Source: the human T2T-CHM13v2.0 reference genome, Homo sapiens. Taken from it: a stretch of DNA of 64,000 bases. The notes below the pieces were generated by a model. It was not told the origin of the DNA and searched no databases. It saw nothing but the letters and a program-made list of their open reading frames with translations. This document shows, one piece after another, positions 31,239 through 47,100 of this stretch. The position numbers and the translations under genes are program-made. Numbering within the stretch: position 1 is the stretch's first letter; each line of letters begins with the position of its first letter. The DNA lies in assembly GCF_009914755.1 (NCBI RefSeq), contig NC_060932.1; one strand, 5' to 3'.

Positions 31239-31828
31239 TTCATAACTTATTTAATCAACTCACTATTAATAGATTAGTAGTTTGTTCATATTACAAATAG
31301 TGCTGCAATAAGCATCTTTGTAAATATAGTTTTGTGTATTAGAATGACTTTGGGTATAGAATAAAACTGTATAGAAGTGGAATTGTTGGGTCTGGGGACA
31401 AGCACATTTTAGCATTTGATATAAATTTACCAAATCATTATCCAAAGTAGTTATGCTAATTGATGCTCCTACCAATAGTATACACATGTCTACTTCCCCA
31501 CACTTACATATTAATTTTAAAAGGCTTGTTCATCTACAGAAGCAGCAAACTCTATTTACAAGTAGGAGCATGAATAGGACTACGTTCTTTTATACCGTGC
31601 CTTGTTCAATCAGTAGGGTCTTCTCCCAGCTGGATGAACAAAGCCTATGGGAACCCACCTCCAGCTTCAAGAATGATCCAGATTATGTCAGGCATTTTGT
31701 TTGGCAAACCCAGGGAGGTCTCAGTCCCACTGCAGAAGGGAGAGTGTGGCACAGGTAGAGTGGTAAAGTGCAGTGGCTGTCCTCGGTAACTTCCCACACC
31801 ACATTCTGCTTGCTTTTGTCTTCTGCTC

Positions 31829-32183
31829 TGATGTGGTTTGGCTGTGTCCCCACCCAAATGTCATCTTGAATAGTAGCTCCCACGATCCCCACGTGTCATG
31901 GGAGGGACCTGGTGGGAGGTAATTGGATCATGGGGATGGGTCTTTCCTGTGCTGCTCTCTTGATAGTGAATAGGTCTCACAAGATCTGATGGTTTTATAA
32001 AGGGGAGTTTCCCTGCAGAAGTTCTGTTATCTCCTGCTGTCGCCATGTAAGAAGTGACTTTCACCTTCCGCCATGATTATGAGGCCTCCCCAGCCACGTG
32101 GAACTGTTAGTCTATTAAACCTCTTTTTTTTTCCCCCAGTTTTGGGTATGTCTTTATCAGCAGTGTGAAAATGGACTAATACA
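31829..32183 (+). mobile_element. THE1 solo LTR (THE1C-like)
   Basis: 'tgatgtggtttggctgtgtccccacccaa...ggactaataca' with perfect 5-bp TSD tgctc. Confidence 0.95.
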
Positions 32184-34749
32184 TGCTCTGTGCTCCCCTC
32201 CCTGGCTCTCCGAGTCCTGGGTCCATGGTCCCTCAGACTCTCAATTGTTCCCTTTCAGATGTGATGACCAACTTCTCTCTCTGACTTACTGGGGTGGAGC
32301 CCTTGGCCAAGTCTCCGTTCTGCACATCCTCCCAACTTTGGTGTCCCTTGAGCCTTCCTTGGAAAACCCTCTCCAGCCTGCATTGGACACAGACTTTGAG
32401 TTTGGCATGACTTAGTTGGAGTCCCAGCTGTTCCCTTTGGTAGACAGTGTGAACTTTGCACAAGGTTTGCACAACTGAACAGGTCTCACAAGGTGGTATT
32501 TTCTGCAACAAAGAGAAGCTCTGTTTTGAAAATAATTTTGTCCTTCACTATAAAGTGCAGAAATAGCTTCCAGCATTCCCAAGGCCAGCACTGGGGCTTT
32601 AAAAATTTGGAGTGCCATTGTTGAGCCCCTGTGCTGACCAACTTGGTGGACTCCTGTGGGGAATGGGGAGGAGACTCAGGCACTGAGCCATGTAAACCAC
32701 CCTGGCCTACCTGACCTTCATCAGTACTGAGAGATGAGGAGGTCAGGAATTAGTCGTGTTTCAAAGATGAAGAACTTGAGGTTCAGAGAACTTAAATGAA
32801 GGTTGCAAAGCCATTTAGTAGCTGAAGTATGATTAGATTCCAGGACTTCTGAGTCCTAATCCCCCAATCCATCTCATAAATACTACCATTCAAGTCTTCC
32901 TCATACTATTTCTGGATTAATGCATTCATTGACCTCCACGATAACATTTTGGAGATTCAGTTGCCATCACCTCCTTTTGAATGAGTTCTGAACCAAACGA
33001 GAGATGGGGCCCAGGAGTTAGCCAGCCTCAAATGGGTTGGCTCATAGGTCAGTCCCAAATTAGCCAGATTTGCTCACATAGTCACAGGCAGCCCTGATAA
33101 CCCCAGGTCCCCCTGTAGGGACCTACCTTTGCAAAATTTAGGGCATGGAGGAGCTGAGCAGAACCCCCACGGAAAGGCTAGAGAAAGAGGTTGAGGCTCC
33201 AATGTTGAGCTTCTTGATCCAAATTTACTGTACACTTCTGCAGCCCACAGCGGGGAGTGGTGGAGGAGGCCAGAATATTGCTCTAATGGCTACCCCAACA
33301 TGGAGTCAGGAAGGAATCCCTTTCACCTCTCAGTAATACAGAACTTTATTGTCAGCTTCTCCCCTGTCCAAATCATTATATTAATGTCAGATTAACCTTT
33401 CTGAAGCATCTTTTTTTTTAAGTGTAGAATTTCTCTGAAAACCAAATATACATGTTTCCCCATTTTCTCTTACATCAAGCCAAATCTCTCTAGACCCCTC
33501 GCTGCCCCACATGCTGATTTACCACTGAATTCCAAGGGAAACCCTCTTCTCCTGCCAGGTCAGGTATCCTACTATCTCCACGTGGGCTCTGCTCATTCTT
33601 GCTTTTACATATTTCCTCATTTTTTCACCCCACATGAAGTGCCTTTCTCCTATCTCCTGCCCTATCAGAGTCTTCTTATCTTTAGAACACTAAATGAGGG
33701 CCAAGTTCCCCCATGAGACTTCCTGGACTGCCCCAGATCACACTCATCTCTCCCTTCTCTCATACCTCTTTGGTCCTTTTACCTAGTTCTCTAGGGCTAA
33801 GGTCATAATTATTATTATTTTTGTTATGGGCTAGTACTAGCATTAAATCACTTTAAAGCAAAATCATTTTTTCATATCCCCCAATGTGACCATTTGTTAT
33901 ATTTGCCTATCCAATAACTGAATCACTTGCCCTCTTATTTTGGGAGAAACCTTATTATGTGAATCTTAGTGGAGGGCAGGGATCCACCAATGGAAGCTGA
34001 AGGGGACAGAAACTCTTATTTTCCTTCTCTCCATGCCTGGCAGACAGAGTGGGCACACAACATAAGCTTAGTCATCCTGGAATTTTGGATTTGCAGAGTG
34101 AGCTGTCAAATTGTTCAGGGTGATGGTGGTAGCACTGTCAGTCTAGCACAGGGATGATTATCCACTGATAACCACTGTTAGTGGCAGCAGAGGAATTGGA
34201 GCCAGGAGTGGGGTCCTCCTTTGACGGATGTTGTGATGTGACTTCATCTACATTCTCCTCTGGACTCCCTTGATGGATCTGCTCATTTTCTTAGCCTGGT
34301 TGTCCAGCCTTCCTGCCAATTCTCTGAGCTTGGTGATAGCCTTTTAATACATTTTAAGTTAGAGTTGGCTTCTCTTGCTTGCAGTCAAGAATCATGCCTG
34401 CTACACTTCACACTGTCTAGCACATGCTGAGCTCAATTAAGATGTATTGACTTTACTTGGACCTGCATCAAATCGTCCAGCCCTATATTAGGAGCTGGAG
34501 TGAATTGTCAGCATAAAGTTGTCTAAACCATGGCACAGCAATTATTTGAAAAGTGAGGGATTCGACCAATGAATTCCCTCAAGTTTTCAATTTGTTTGAG
34601 GGAGTTTTCTTCTAGAGTTGATGGCATGACTGTACATGGATAAAAGTGCGGATGGAGGGTACTGATTGTTTAGCATCAGAAATTTTTATTGCATGTTTGA
34701 CTTTGAAGGTTAGACTTGGAGGGCTGGTGGACTCTATTGCTTTGGGCTG

Positions 34750-34885
34750 CCCAAGGTCAGCTCTGGGATTCAACTCTTACCTTCCTTATAAGCTAGTAAG
34801 TTAGTCTGTTACTGCTTCATGGAATCTGGCAGAAGACACAAGACTTTTGGGTCAGAGACAAGGGATTGTATTACTCATGGCACGT
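34750..34885 (-). mobile_element. LTR40-like 3' fragment fused to half a MER53 (MER53 part runs to ~35265, split by an Alu)
   Basis: Reverse complement 'gagtaata...tgtctctgacccaaaagtcttgtgtcttctgccag' is LTR40-like; then MER53 'acttatactaaaaaatta...tttatttgctaaatctggcaa'. Confidence 0.7.
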
Positions 34886-34907
34886 ACTTATACTAAAAAA
34901 TTATTTG

Positions 34908-35195
<288 letters not shown>

Positions 35196-36702
35196 TTATT
35201 TGTTGGTTATTGGAAATTAACACTTAACTGGACATCCTGTACTTTTATTTGCTAAATCTGGCAAATTTAGGCAGAGCATACTACATGTACATCATTATGT
35301 TTGTATTAGCTGGTGGTCAGGGCCTCTATCCTCGGCATACCAAGAAAGACAGACAGGAGCACAAGAGACCCAAGGGGCAGTGGTGGTGGCACTTAAGGCA
35401 GCTGAGAGACTGCAGGCATCTGTGGGCTCTAGCCAAACATGTGCTTTTCATTAGTGGGTGCATAGGCTCCTGGTGACCTGTGCTCAGAGCCAGCAGCAAT
35501 GGCAATGCCTCCTTTGCACTCAGCACCTACTCTGTGCTTGGGGGTTCTAGGCAGGGATGAAGGCAATTGTCTGATATTTGAGTGACAAATGTTTTCTTTA
35601 TTTTGGTTCCCCCCACACCTTTCTTTCTTTTGCTCTTCGAGCCATTACAAAACATTTAAAACCAATTCTCTGCATTACATTTCTCCTTGGATTATTTAAA
35701 GTGACATCTCTTTTCCTGGCTGGACACTGACAGATACAGGTACAGTGGCACATTCTTGATTTATAAGCCTATGAATTGTGGCCCACTTCTCAGCATGTAA
35801 TGGATGAATGAGAAATGCTACTTAAAATGAATTAAATTTTTGGTGGAGATTCATAGTTACAGGCACAGGATAAAGTTATCCTAAAATGAATGGGAATCAA
35901 AGACACTAGGGGATGTCACAGGAAAACTTTTTTGAGCCAACTGTTAAAAAACTGTGGTATTCGGTGAGACATTATATACAGCTCAGAGAAGAAGGCAGTG
36001 GAACATAGATTATTATACCAAAAAAGTTTATTTTATTTTCAGTGCACTTCCATTCATAGTATTAATCACAGTATCAAAGTGTTATTCTCTTCTGTAAATC
36101 TCCCCAAATGATGAAATGAAATACAATATCACATTCATAGGAGATGAGTATTTCAGCAGTGTGAGCATAAAAGTAAAAATGGATATTCTACAGTCATTGA
36201 TTCAACAGTACTTATTATGTGTTATGTGCAAAGCACAGGGTATAAGGCTTGTATTAGTAGAGTTAAAGTGACCTTCCAGATATAGTACATCAGCATAAAC
36301 ATAGTGATTCTCAAGGGAATCTCAAATCTTTTCTTTTAGAATCTATGAGCTTGATCTCTCAGATGCTCTCAAGCATAACTCGTAAGAGCTGCTTGCATCT
36401 GGGAAGTGGGTTGAGAACATAAGACACCAACTGATATTAACATTGCTACTAGGTTGGCTAATAAGTATTGCTTCATTCATTGCTCCTGTTTTAGCAGCTG
36501 CTAGAGGAAGAGTACTCCCCCCAGCCCACCTTCTGACTACCACCAATACAAAGGGGGATTCTGGAAAAACATCTCACCTAAACTATAGGTAGAGCAAACC
36601 TGCTTGAAGATTTAGTGGTTCCAAGTTTCCCAGTCTCTGATTTTAGGGGTCTGTGATTTTAGGGATCTACTCATTAGTAGAGTCAGGGCCAACTGCTACC
36701 CC

Positions 36703-37235
36703 TGTGATGGTTAATTTTATGTGTCAACTTGACTGAGCCACAGGGTGCCTGGACATTTTATCAAACTATCCTGGATGTGTCTATAAGGGTGTTTCTGAAT
36801 GAAGTTAACATTTGAATCAGTAGACTGAATAAAGCAAATTGCCCTCCCTTGATGTATGTGGATCTCATCCAACCAATTCAAAATATACATAGGACAAAAA
36901 GGCTGAATAAGAGGGCACTCCTCCTGCCTGACTGATGAGCTGGGACATAGATGTTTTCTAGCATTCAGACTCTACTGAAACATCAATTCTTTTTGGGTCT
37001 CAGGCCTGCTGGCTTTCAGACTGGAACTTAATACCATCAGTTTCCTGGTTCTTAGGTCTTCAGACGTGAACTGCAACTACACATGAGCTTTCTTGGGTCT
37101 CCATCTTACAAACTGCAAATCTTGGGACTTCTTAACCTCTGTAATCACATGGCTAATTCCTTGTAATAATTCTTTCTCTTTCTGTATATATGCATCCTAT
37201 TGGTTCTGTTTCTCTGGAGAACACTGACTAATATA
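36703..37235 (+). mobile_element. MLT2 (C/D-type) solo LTR
   Basis: 'tgtgatggttaattttatgtgtcaacttgactg...gtttctctggagaacactgactaatata'. Confidence 0.92.
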
Positions 37236-37756
37236 CTCCCTAAATCAAAGTAACACAGGTTCCTTGTGGGGGAGGGAGGATGCAAGGAGTTTATGAAAAG
37301 ATCATTCTACCTTGAACTTAAAATATGGAGAGACAAAAAAGAAACATATGAAAAGTTAAATAATATAATTGAAATAATTGCTCAAATACAAATGAAAAAG
37401 GTATTAATTGTCAGTGCAAGAGTCCTTTAAATGGAAGGTACAAACAAGAAATACAAGTCCTTCATGCATATATCATCAGAGAAGGTGGGATTTGGAGAAA
37501 GTGGGATTTCAGATGCATCACAAAGAAGGAATAAACAGAGAGATGACATTCTAAGGGTGGATGTCACAGAGGAAATTGTAGCATGGCAATGAGTAGATAT
37601 TAATAATTCTGGCAGAAGTGTTGATTTGACGTAGGGGGAATAATGTTCACAGATGCCTGCTGTCCCTCAGCCACCTGCTGATTCTGCCCCCACTGCCCCC
37701 ACAAGTCTCTCATGCTCCTGTCTGCCTTTCTGGGTATGTCCCCAAAACAAGGCCTT

Positions 37757-38061
<305 letters not shown>

Positions 38062-38426
38062 TGAAAACAAGGCCCTGACTACCAGCTAACACAAGTATGC
38101 TGAAGATGTTCCTGCAATGTGCTGGGCCTACATTTGCCAGTTTTAGCAAATAAAATAAAGACTACCCAGTTAAATTTTAATTTCAGATAAACAATACATA
38201 ATTTTTATTTTTTAGTAAAACTATGTGCTATGAGTAATAAGGTCCATTGTCTCTGACCCAAGAGCCTTGTGTATTCTGCCAGCTTAAAGATTGAAATGCA
38301 GACTGAGGTCAGATTGTGGAGGGCTTTGCAATTAATTGCAAGTGTCTGAAATTAATATGATAGGCTCTATATTACTACTGAAGACTTGCCTTCCAAATGA
38401 TACTTGAGAGAAATTAGTTTGGTGGA

Positions 38427-39370
38427 TGTAGTGGGTTGATGGTATACCCCTAAAAGATGTCCCCATCTGGAAATTCAGAATATAACCTTATTTAGAATAA
38501 AGGTTTTTGCAGATGTTATTAAGTTAGGGAAGGGGTCCCCAGCCCGCAGTTCATGGCCTGTTCAGAACCGGGCTGCACAGCAGGAGGTGAGTGGTGGGCA
38601 AGAGAAGCTTCATAATTATTTGCAGCCTCTTCCCCTTACTCACATTACTGTCTGAGCTCCACCTCCTGTCAGATCAGTGGCAGCATTAGACTCTCATAGG
38701 AGTGCTGAACCGTATTGTGAACTGTGCATGTGAGGGATCTAGGTTGCACACTCCTTATGAGAATCTAATGCTTGATGATCTGTCACTGTTCCCCATCACC
38801 CCATCTAGTTGCAGGAAAATAAGCTCAGGGCTCCCACTGATTCTACATTATGGTGAGTTGCATAATAATATATTACAATGTAATAATAATATAAATAAAG
38901 TGCACAATACATATAATGTTCTTAAATCATCCCCAAACCATCCTTCACAACCTGTTCTGTAGAAAAGTTGTCTTCTGCAAAACCAGTCCCTTGTGCCAAA
39001 AAGGTTGGTGGCCCCTGAGTTAGGGATCTTGAGATAAGATCATAGGTTGGGCCCTAAATCCAATAACAGATGTCTTTATAGGTGACAAAAAAGAAGACAC
39101 ACAGAAACACAGAGGAGAAGGCCATGTGAAGATGGAAGCAGAGGTTAGAGTGATGCAGCCATAAGCCAAGAAATGCCAGGGAGGAAGTTCCTCTACCCAG
39201 GAGAGAGGCATGGAACGGATTCTCCCCAAGAGTCTTCAGAAGGAAACAACCCTGCCCACACCTTGACTTTGGACTTCTGGCCTTCAGAACTGTGAGTGAA
39301 TAAATTTCTGTTGTTTTAAGCCTCCACTTTGGTGATAATTTCTTACAGCAACCATAGGAAATAGATGCAG
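38427..39370 (+). mobile_element. MLT1B/C LTR split by MER1A
   Basis: 'tttttgcagatgttattaagtta|...|gggatcttgagataagatc...gaactgtgagtgaataaatttctgttgttttaagcc'. Confidence 0.9.
38530..39017 (+). mobile_element. MER1A (hAT-Charlie MITE)
   Basis: TIRs 'aggggtcccc' and 'ggttggtggcccctg'; perfect 8-bp TSD agttaggg (38522-38529, 39018-39025). Confidence 0.95.
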
Positions 39371-39566
39371 TGCAGTGTAGGTAGGCTGTACATGGCAATG
39401 AGTCTGGTGATGGGCAGATAGTGAAGAGTAGGATATTTTGGCAATCCGAGTTATTTCTGTGAGTTCTATTTGATCAAGGACCATTGTTTCTCTGTGTTGA
39501 TTTTTCATAAACTCCATCTACATAACATGAACAAGACTGGTTAAAAAATTAAAAAAAAAAAGCGGG

Positions 39567-39978
<412 letters not shown>

Positions 39979-39996
39979 CTAAATTTATTGAGACTA

Positions 39997-40551
<555 letters not shown>

Positions 40552-41599
40552 TTAAGTGGATGAATCCCTAAGGCCTAACCCTCCACATTGTCGTATTTTG
40601 CCGCCTCTTCCTTCTTAATGTAGCCCACCCCCATGGTCATTCTGGAGGAATCTGTAGAGAGCTTCTGTATGTAACTGATATATAGAACAGAGGAAAGATG
40701 CTCTGTTGAGTGGGACAAAGTGATTCAATCCTGTAAGTGAAAATGGCCCAGGGCAGTGATGACACTGATGACATCCACAGTACCTACCTTTTTGAGAACT
40801 GGGAACTGTTGTAGACATTCTTATGCACCATTCTGTTTTATTCCCTCAGTGGCCTGTGAGGTGTGCTGTCATGCCCTATTGGAGAGGAAGATATGAAGAG
40901 GCTTTGAGGGATTAAGCAACTGGTCAGCATCACACAGCTAGTAAAGGGACTTCTAGAATTTGAACCTAAGTGTCTCTGACTCCAAATCTTTATCTAACTC
41001 GTAATCAGCACCCTATTCTCTCTCCTCCTTTGAGTAATCATATAATCACAGACCTGCAGAGCCTTCATGTTGGAAGTGCCATGAGAGATCGCCTAGATTA
41101 GGAGTGAGGTTTGTTTATATACCAAGGCCTCACAGTATGATTTTTATCTGATCTGGGGCTGGGATCCAGTGTTTACCATGAAGACACCTTCCACAGCCCT
41201 TTAGTTTTGCGGAGGCAAAGATAGCCTCTGGTGATCTGCATGGAGAGGATTTAATTGCTTCCATTTTTCTTTTAAGAGCAAAGAGCTTTCTAGGAAAAAT
41301 AGCAGTATTTCAAAGGTCAAGTCTGATGGCTTGTGGGAAGAGCAGGAGAGATTGATTTATGGGGATTGGAACAGAAAACATGGTGTCCATATGGCAATGA
41401 GACAAATAAAATACCAGGGCTTGGCTGACTGTATTCAAATTCTTGTCTGTGTGAGCCCTGGCTAGGGAGGGCTCCAAATAATGTTCAAGTCATTTAGTTG
41501 GAGACTGAGACTGGCATTTGCAAGAAGGATAGAAAAATTTAAAGCTAGAGTGGACAGGAAATAAAGGATACTTTGGTTAGGATTAAAACTGGGACTCTA

Positions 41600-42120
41600 C
41601 TTAATTTATTCATGCAGTCAACAGATCTTTTTGAGCCCTTGCTATGTGCCAGGCATTGTACTGGACAGAGGAGAAACAATAGGAATTCCAACTTATGTGG
41701 TCCTAGCCAGGCTGCATGGAGCTCACAGCCAAGTCAGGGAGACAGATATTGGCCAAATAAACACAAATTAGTTATTTAATTACAATTTAGTTAGTGCTGC
41801 AAAGAAGCACAGGATGCTATAGGAATGCATATGAAGAGGCTGTGACCCAGTCTTGGGGTCAGGGAAGGGGTTGGTGATGCTTAGGCTGCTGTCTGAAGGA
41901 TGTGTAAAAAAGGCTTAGCGTGTGTGCAGAGGGGGAGCTTTCCAGACAGAGAGGAAGGAGCAGCTAGGTTCAAGGAGTTGGAAGGCAGAGAGGGGTGGAG
42001 AGCAAAGAGGAGGGGATGAGAAGCTGGATCAACCGGGGTCTTGTATGGATTTTGGATTTTATCCTGAGAGCAATGAGAAGTCATTGGGGGTTTTAAGCAG
42101 GGACATGATTGATCTGGCAG
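41600..42120. mobile_element. L2 fragment
   Basis: 'tttattcatgcagtcaacagatctttttgagcccttgctatgtgccaggcattgt', 'ggatttttatcctgag...ttttaagcaggg'-type L2 motifs. Confidence 0.75.
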
Positions 42121-42723
42121 GAGGCCAGGGAGGGATTTAGGCCAAATGCTCATTGGTAATGATGAGTTGTCACTTGCCAGGCCTTGGACTTTTTGCCTAA
42201 AATGGCTTGGATGCCAACAGGGATAGCTGTGGACAAAGTAGGATGTGGGGTTTCTGGGTCCTGCCCACCTGCTCAACAGAATTGTAACCAACCCTACCTT
42301 ATGGGTAGCAGAAGTATCTGCCCCAGGGCCTGGAGTTTGTGCAGCAGAGCTTCTCTAGTTCCTGCCAGGGAGTGATCTGGATACTCTGTCTGTGGCAAGT
42401 TCCCATTGGAAGAGACAGGCACTTGTAGTAGAAGTTCTCAGAGGAAGGCCTGGGATTGCTGGAGATGAGCGGCCAATTCTAGGGCCAGGGCAGAACTGGT
42501 CTGAGCAAATCACCTACCTGTAGGCAATTTCCCCAGTGAAGCAGGCAAGGGCTGGTCTTGAGTTGAACAGAGGTTTCCTTCAAAGGCCACAGTGGACTCA
42601 GCTCAAATAGACAGCCCTTCAGTGCACAGGCTACAGGGTGAGAGATGTTGCTTCATTTCCTTTTGTCCTGTTCCTTAACCCAGCTGGTGGATTGCCATGG
42701 TGCTCCATAAGAAATAGATTTAG

Positions 42724-43097
<374 letters not shown>

Positions 43098-43350
43098 TCA
43101 TGTTTCTAATAAGCTTGTGATGTTTATCCAAGGACTTGAATCTAGACAGTGGCATGGCTTTCTGAGGAGGCATAATACAGACTATAGATGCTCGAGGCAC
43201 AGGCTTGGTGGTACCTAGAGCAGCAGAGGCACATAGTTTAGACAGATTTAGGGTTTGTTTTCTACTTAGAGACATAAGGGGAGAAACACTAACATGCATA
43301 CAGTGCTTCTTATGTGTGTAAGCCCTTCTCATATGTGGTCTCATTCACTC

Positions 43351-43648
43351 TTTCTTTTTCTTTTTTTTTTTTTAAAGTCTGGGTTTCACTCTGTTACCCA
43401 GGCTGATGGCATGATCACAGCTCATTGCAGCCTCGACCTCCCGGGCTCAAGCGATTCTCCTGCCTCAGCCTCCTGAGAAGCTGAGACAACAGGCATGCAC
43501 CACCATGCCTGGCTAATTTTTTATTTTTTGTAGAGATGGGTTTTCACTATATTTCCCAGGCTGGTCTCAAACCCCTGAGCTGAAGCAATCCTCCTGGCTT
43601 AGCCTCCCAAAATGCTGGGATTACAGACATGAGCCACTGCACCTGGCC
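43351..43648 (-). mobile_element. AluJ followed by a MIR (~43650-43815)
   Basis: Reverse J-type Alu; MIR core 'catcctcattgtacagatgaggaaacc'. Confidence 0.9.
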
Positions 43649-45079
43649 GTGTCATCTCCTTTAATCTCTGCAACGACCCTGTAAGGTAGATGCTATCGTA
43701 GCATCCTCATTGTACAGATGAGGAAACCACAACAAAGAGTGGATACTTTACTGTGAGTGTCAGAACTGGGATCTGAACCCAGAGGTCTGATGCCAAAGGC
43801 CATGAGGTCACCACTCTCTAGAATAAAGAACAGGGCACTGGGCTTGGGGCCACCCATTCTGGAGAGTGCATCGTATAAATGGCAGAGGGACACTGTGTCA
43901 TTAGCCAGAGCACACACCCTGGCCTTGAGGTACCAGGGACTCAGGGATCAAGAGGAAGATGGAGATTGAAAATGTAATTTTAAAGCCTTTGTTATATTTA
44001 GAAGACACAGAATAAGAGATCCTCAGAAATGGCCCGTGAACTAGAAGGGTCACTAAAAATTTTAAGTAATCACAATTATTTCAAATGCCCCTTTATGAGA
44101 GAGGAGTTAATTGATAGAGCTTCTGCCGCACACACACAAAACCCAAGCTGGGTACAAATTAACCCTTTATTGTGTGGTATCTCTCAGATAAATTTTAGTT
44201 CACAACAGCAACCCTTTTAGATTTGCTGATAGCCTGGAAAGAGGGAAACCATGAATTATTTTCTTTTTTCTTCTCTCCATTTTCTGTCTACTTCCTTCTC
44301 TGAGAATCACCAATGGCCAGCTATGCTCTACACCCAAGACTAGATGTGTGCAGCCTGGGCCCCACTTATCTGTGGGATCTCCAGCCAAATAAGGGAGGGA
44401 GTGCTTGTTTTGGAAGCTGCTGCAGAGGTCACATCTGGTTCTGAAATTGCTTCTGTTTTCCAAATTCTGAGACTGGAAGGAAATGTGGAGCTTTGGAAAT
44501 GCATGACTCACGGGCTGCTAGGGCTTACTGGCCCCAGTTTTGGAGGTGCTGAGGGAGCTTCACTGGATCCAGGGCCCACCTCTCAAGACCCAGGCACCAG
44601 GCATCTTCCACTGGGGCCGAGCAGCTGCAGCAGCAGGACACGGGACTGGGAGCTGTTCTGATCCATGCTGTGCAACTTACATGACAAGGATAGAGGGAGA
44701 TTCATTTTGTAAAGCCTTGATTTCTCTATGAATATAAGGCACTGAATTGATAGAGGAGTGAGTTTAAAATTTTATATGGTGATGAGCTATTTTATATCTG
44801 GAGTACATTGAATTAGTTTATCTGCTGTGTCTAGTGAAATGAGACAACTGTGTATAATTGGAAGTGAAAAATAAATGAAGTGGCTTTTTGATTCAGTATT
44901 CATTGTGACATTGGGATAAATTTAATTAAAAGATTTCTGGGGACAACAGACAAGACATCTGTAAAAGTTCTAAAGACTGAACTCCTCCCTCATTCATTCC
45001 ATGTGGATTTATAGAAGCAGTGGCAAGGATTGAAAGTCAGCCACCTGGATTTGCTGGAATAATTAGATATTAAAGAAAT

Positions 45080-46235
45080 TTAGAGCTCTAATCTTACATC
45101 TTCACCAAACTAGATTTCAGATTGAAGAAAAGCGTTAAATATAACTCGTACACTTACAAGGATGAGACAAAAACACAAGTAAAAATCACATAACAACCCA
45201 GGACTCTAAACATAACCCAAATCAGAAACCATAGAGGAAATATTCACAGATTTGATTTCCAAAAAATTCAAAATAAAGCAAAGCAAAACAAAAGCACATT
45301 ATGTCAAAAGACAATATAAACAAAATTCAAGGATAAACAAAACCCTTGGAAAATATTTGCAGCCTATGCAATAAAGGGTTGAATTCTTTAATATATAAAA
45401 AGCTCTTACAATATAACAAGGAAAGGCAAACACACAGTGGAAAGAGAGACAAAGGGTGTAAAAAGAGCTGAAGATGTACCTATTGTCAATAAGTTTATGA
45501 AGTGACAGTCCATTTTGCTAGTAATCAAATACGCTTAAATGGCAAGGTGTCTGTTTAGTCTATCAGAAGACAAAGAAGAAAATAGAATGATAGTATGCAA
45601 TGATATGAGGATATGGGGACATCTGTACTAATTTCAAACATTGTTATTGGAAAGTTAAATTGACATAGGTTCTTGGGGATGGGGAGAGATTTGTTAAAGG
45701 ATATAAAATTACAGCTAAATAGAAAGGGTCTAGTGTTCTATAGCACTCTAGGATGACTACAGTTAACAATAATATTTATCTAGTTCAAGTAGCTAGAAGG
45801 AAGATATTGAATGTTCCCAACACAAAGATATGATAAATGTTTGCGATGATGGGTATGCTAATTACCCTGATCTGATCACTAAGCATTGTATGTTTGGAAA
45901 CATCACTATGTACCCCATAAGTGTGTACAATTATTATGTGTCAACAAAAAAATATTTATAGTAAAAAAAAAAACCTAACGTGTGTTCTTCTGGAGAGCAA
46001 TGTGGCCATCTGTATCAAAGCTTACAATATGCGCATGATAAGTTTTACTTTCATTTATTAATCTTAAGGAAGTAGGAGTGGATATGTGCAAAGATTTAGC
46101 CATGAAGTTATTTATGGAAGTGTTTTATAATAGGCAAACATTGGAAATAGCCTAAATAAGCAACGATGGGCATTGGTTAAGGAACTCATGGTATGAACAT
46201 ATAATAGAAAATTCTATAGCTATTAAGAATTATTT
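45080..46235 (+). mobile_element. L1ME fragment with an inserted L1MA 3' end (~45675-45970)
   Basis: L1MA end 'gatgatgggtatgctaattaccctgatctgatcac...catcactatgtaccccataa'. Confidence 0.8.
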
Positions 46236-46269
46236 CTGTGTCATTTTTGTTGATTTTACAATATGTGGA

Positions 46270-46510
46270 TAATGATTAGGCATATAAGCTCTGAGGTCAG
46301 CCACCTGGTACTGAGCCTAGGCTCCAATTCTTGCTGGCTGTGTGCCCTTGAGCAAGTTACTTAACCTGTCTGTGACTTGGTTTCTTCATCTGTAAATTAG
46401 AGGCATGTAGTAGTACCTACATCCTAGGTTGGTTATAAATGTCAATTTAACTAAAGCACTTAGAATAATATTAAGCCTATAACATTAGCCTGAGGAACAT
46501 TAGCTATTTT
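46270..46510 (+). mobile_element. MIR
   Basis: 'ctgtgtgcccttgagcaagttacttaacctgtctgtgacttggtttcttcatctgtaaa'. Confidence 0.85.
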
Positions 46511-47100
46511 TAGACTATTGCTAAGTGAATAAAATAAGCTACATTTTTGTTAAATATACTTTGTGTATGCAGAAGAAATTATTTATTCAGGAGTCTAATT
46601 GCTAGAAGAATTTTAAAAATTGCATTGCTCTAAAAGATTTTTTTACATGTTTAACTATGTAATGGAACCATATAAAGTTACAGAGCTTGGGGAAAGAGTG
46701 ATCCCATGGGCTGCAGATGATAATGGGATGCTGAAGGAATAGCTGTGCTGCAAGAAAAATGTGTGTGTGTGTTCTTAGAGATTACACACACGCACGCACA
46801 CACAGGCATACACACACCAAACATGGGCCAAAATGTTCATCAAAATCACTGTATCTCTGTATTATTTTGGTATTTTGGAAATAAGATATCTAAACTCCAA
46901 AAAACATAAATTTGGAACAATTGGGGTTTGGGTAAGTGCCATTCTTCTCTAATATGTCTATATCTACATCTATATCAAATGACAAAAATACAGAGTTCAT
47001 ATATCCAAAGATTAACAGTGATTATCTCTGCATGGTGCTTTTAGTTTGTGTTTTTCTATGTTTTCTATTTTAGCATTTGTTTTTGCAAAGAAAAGCTATC

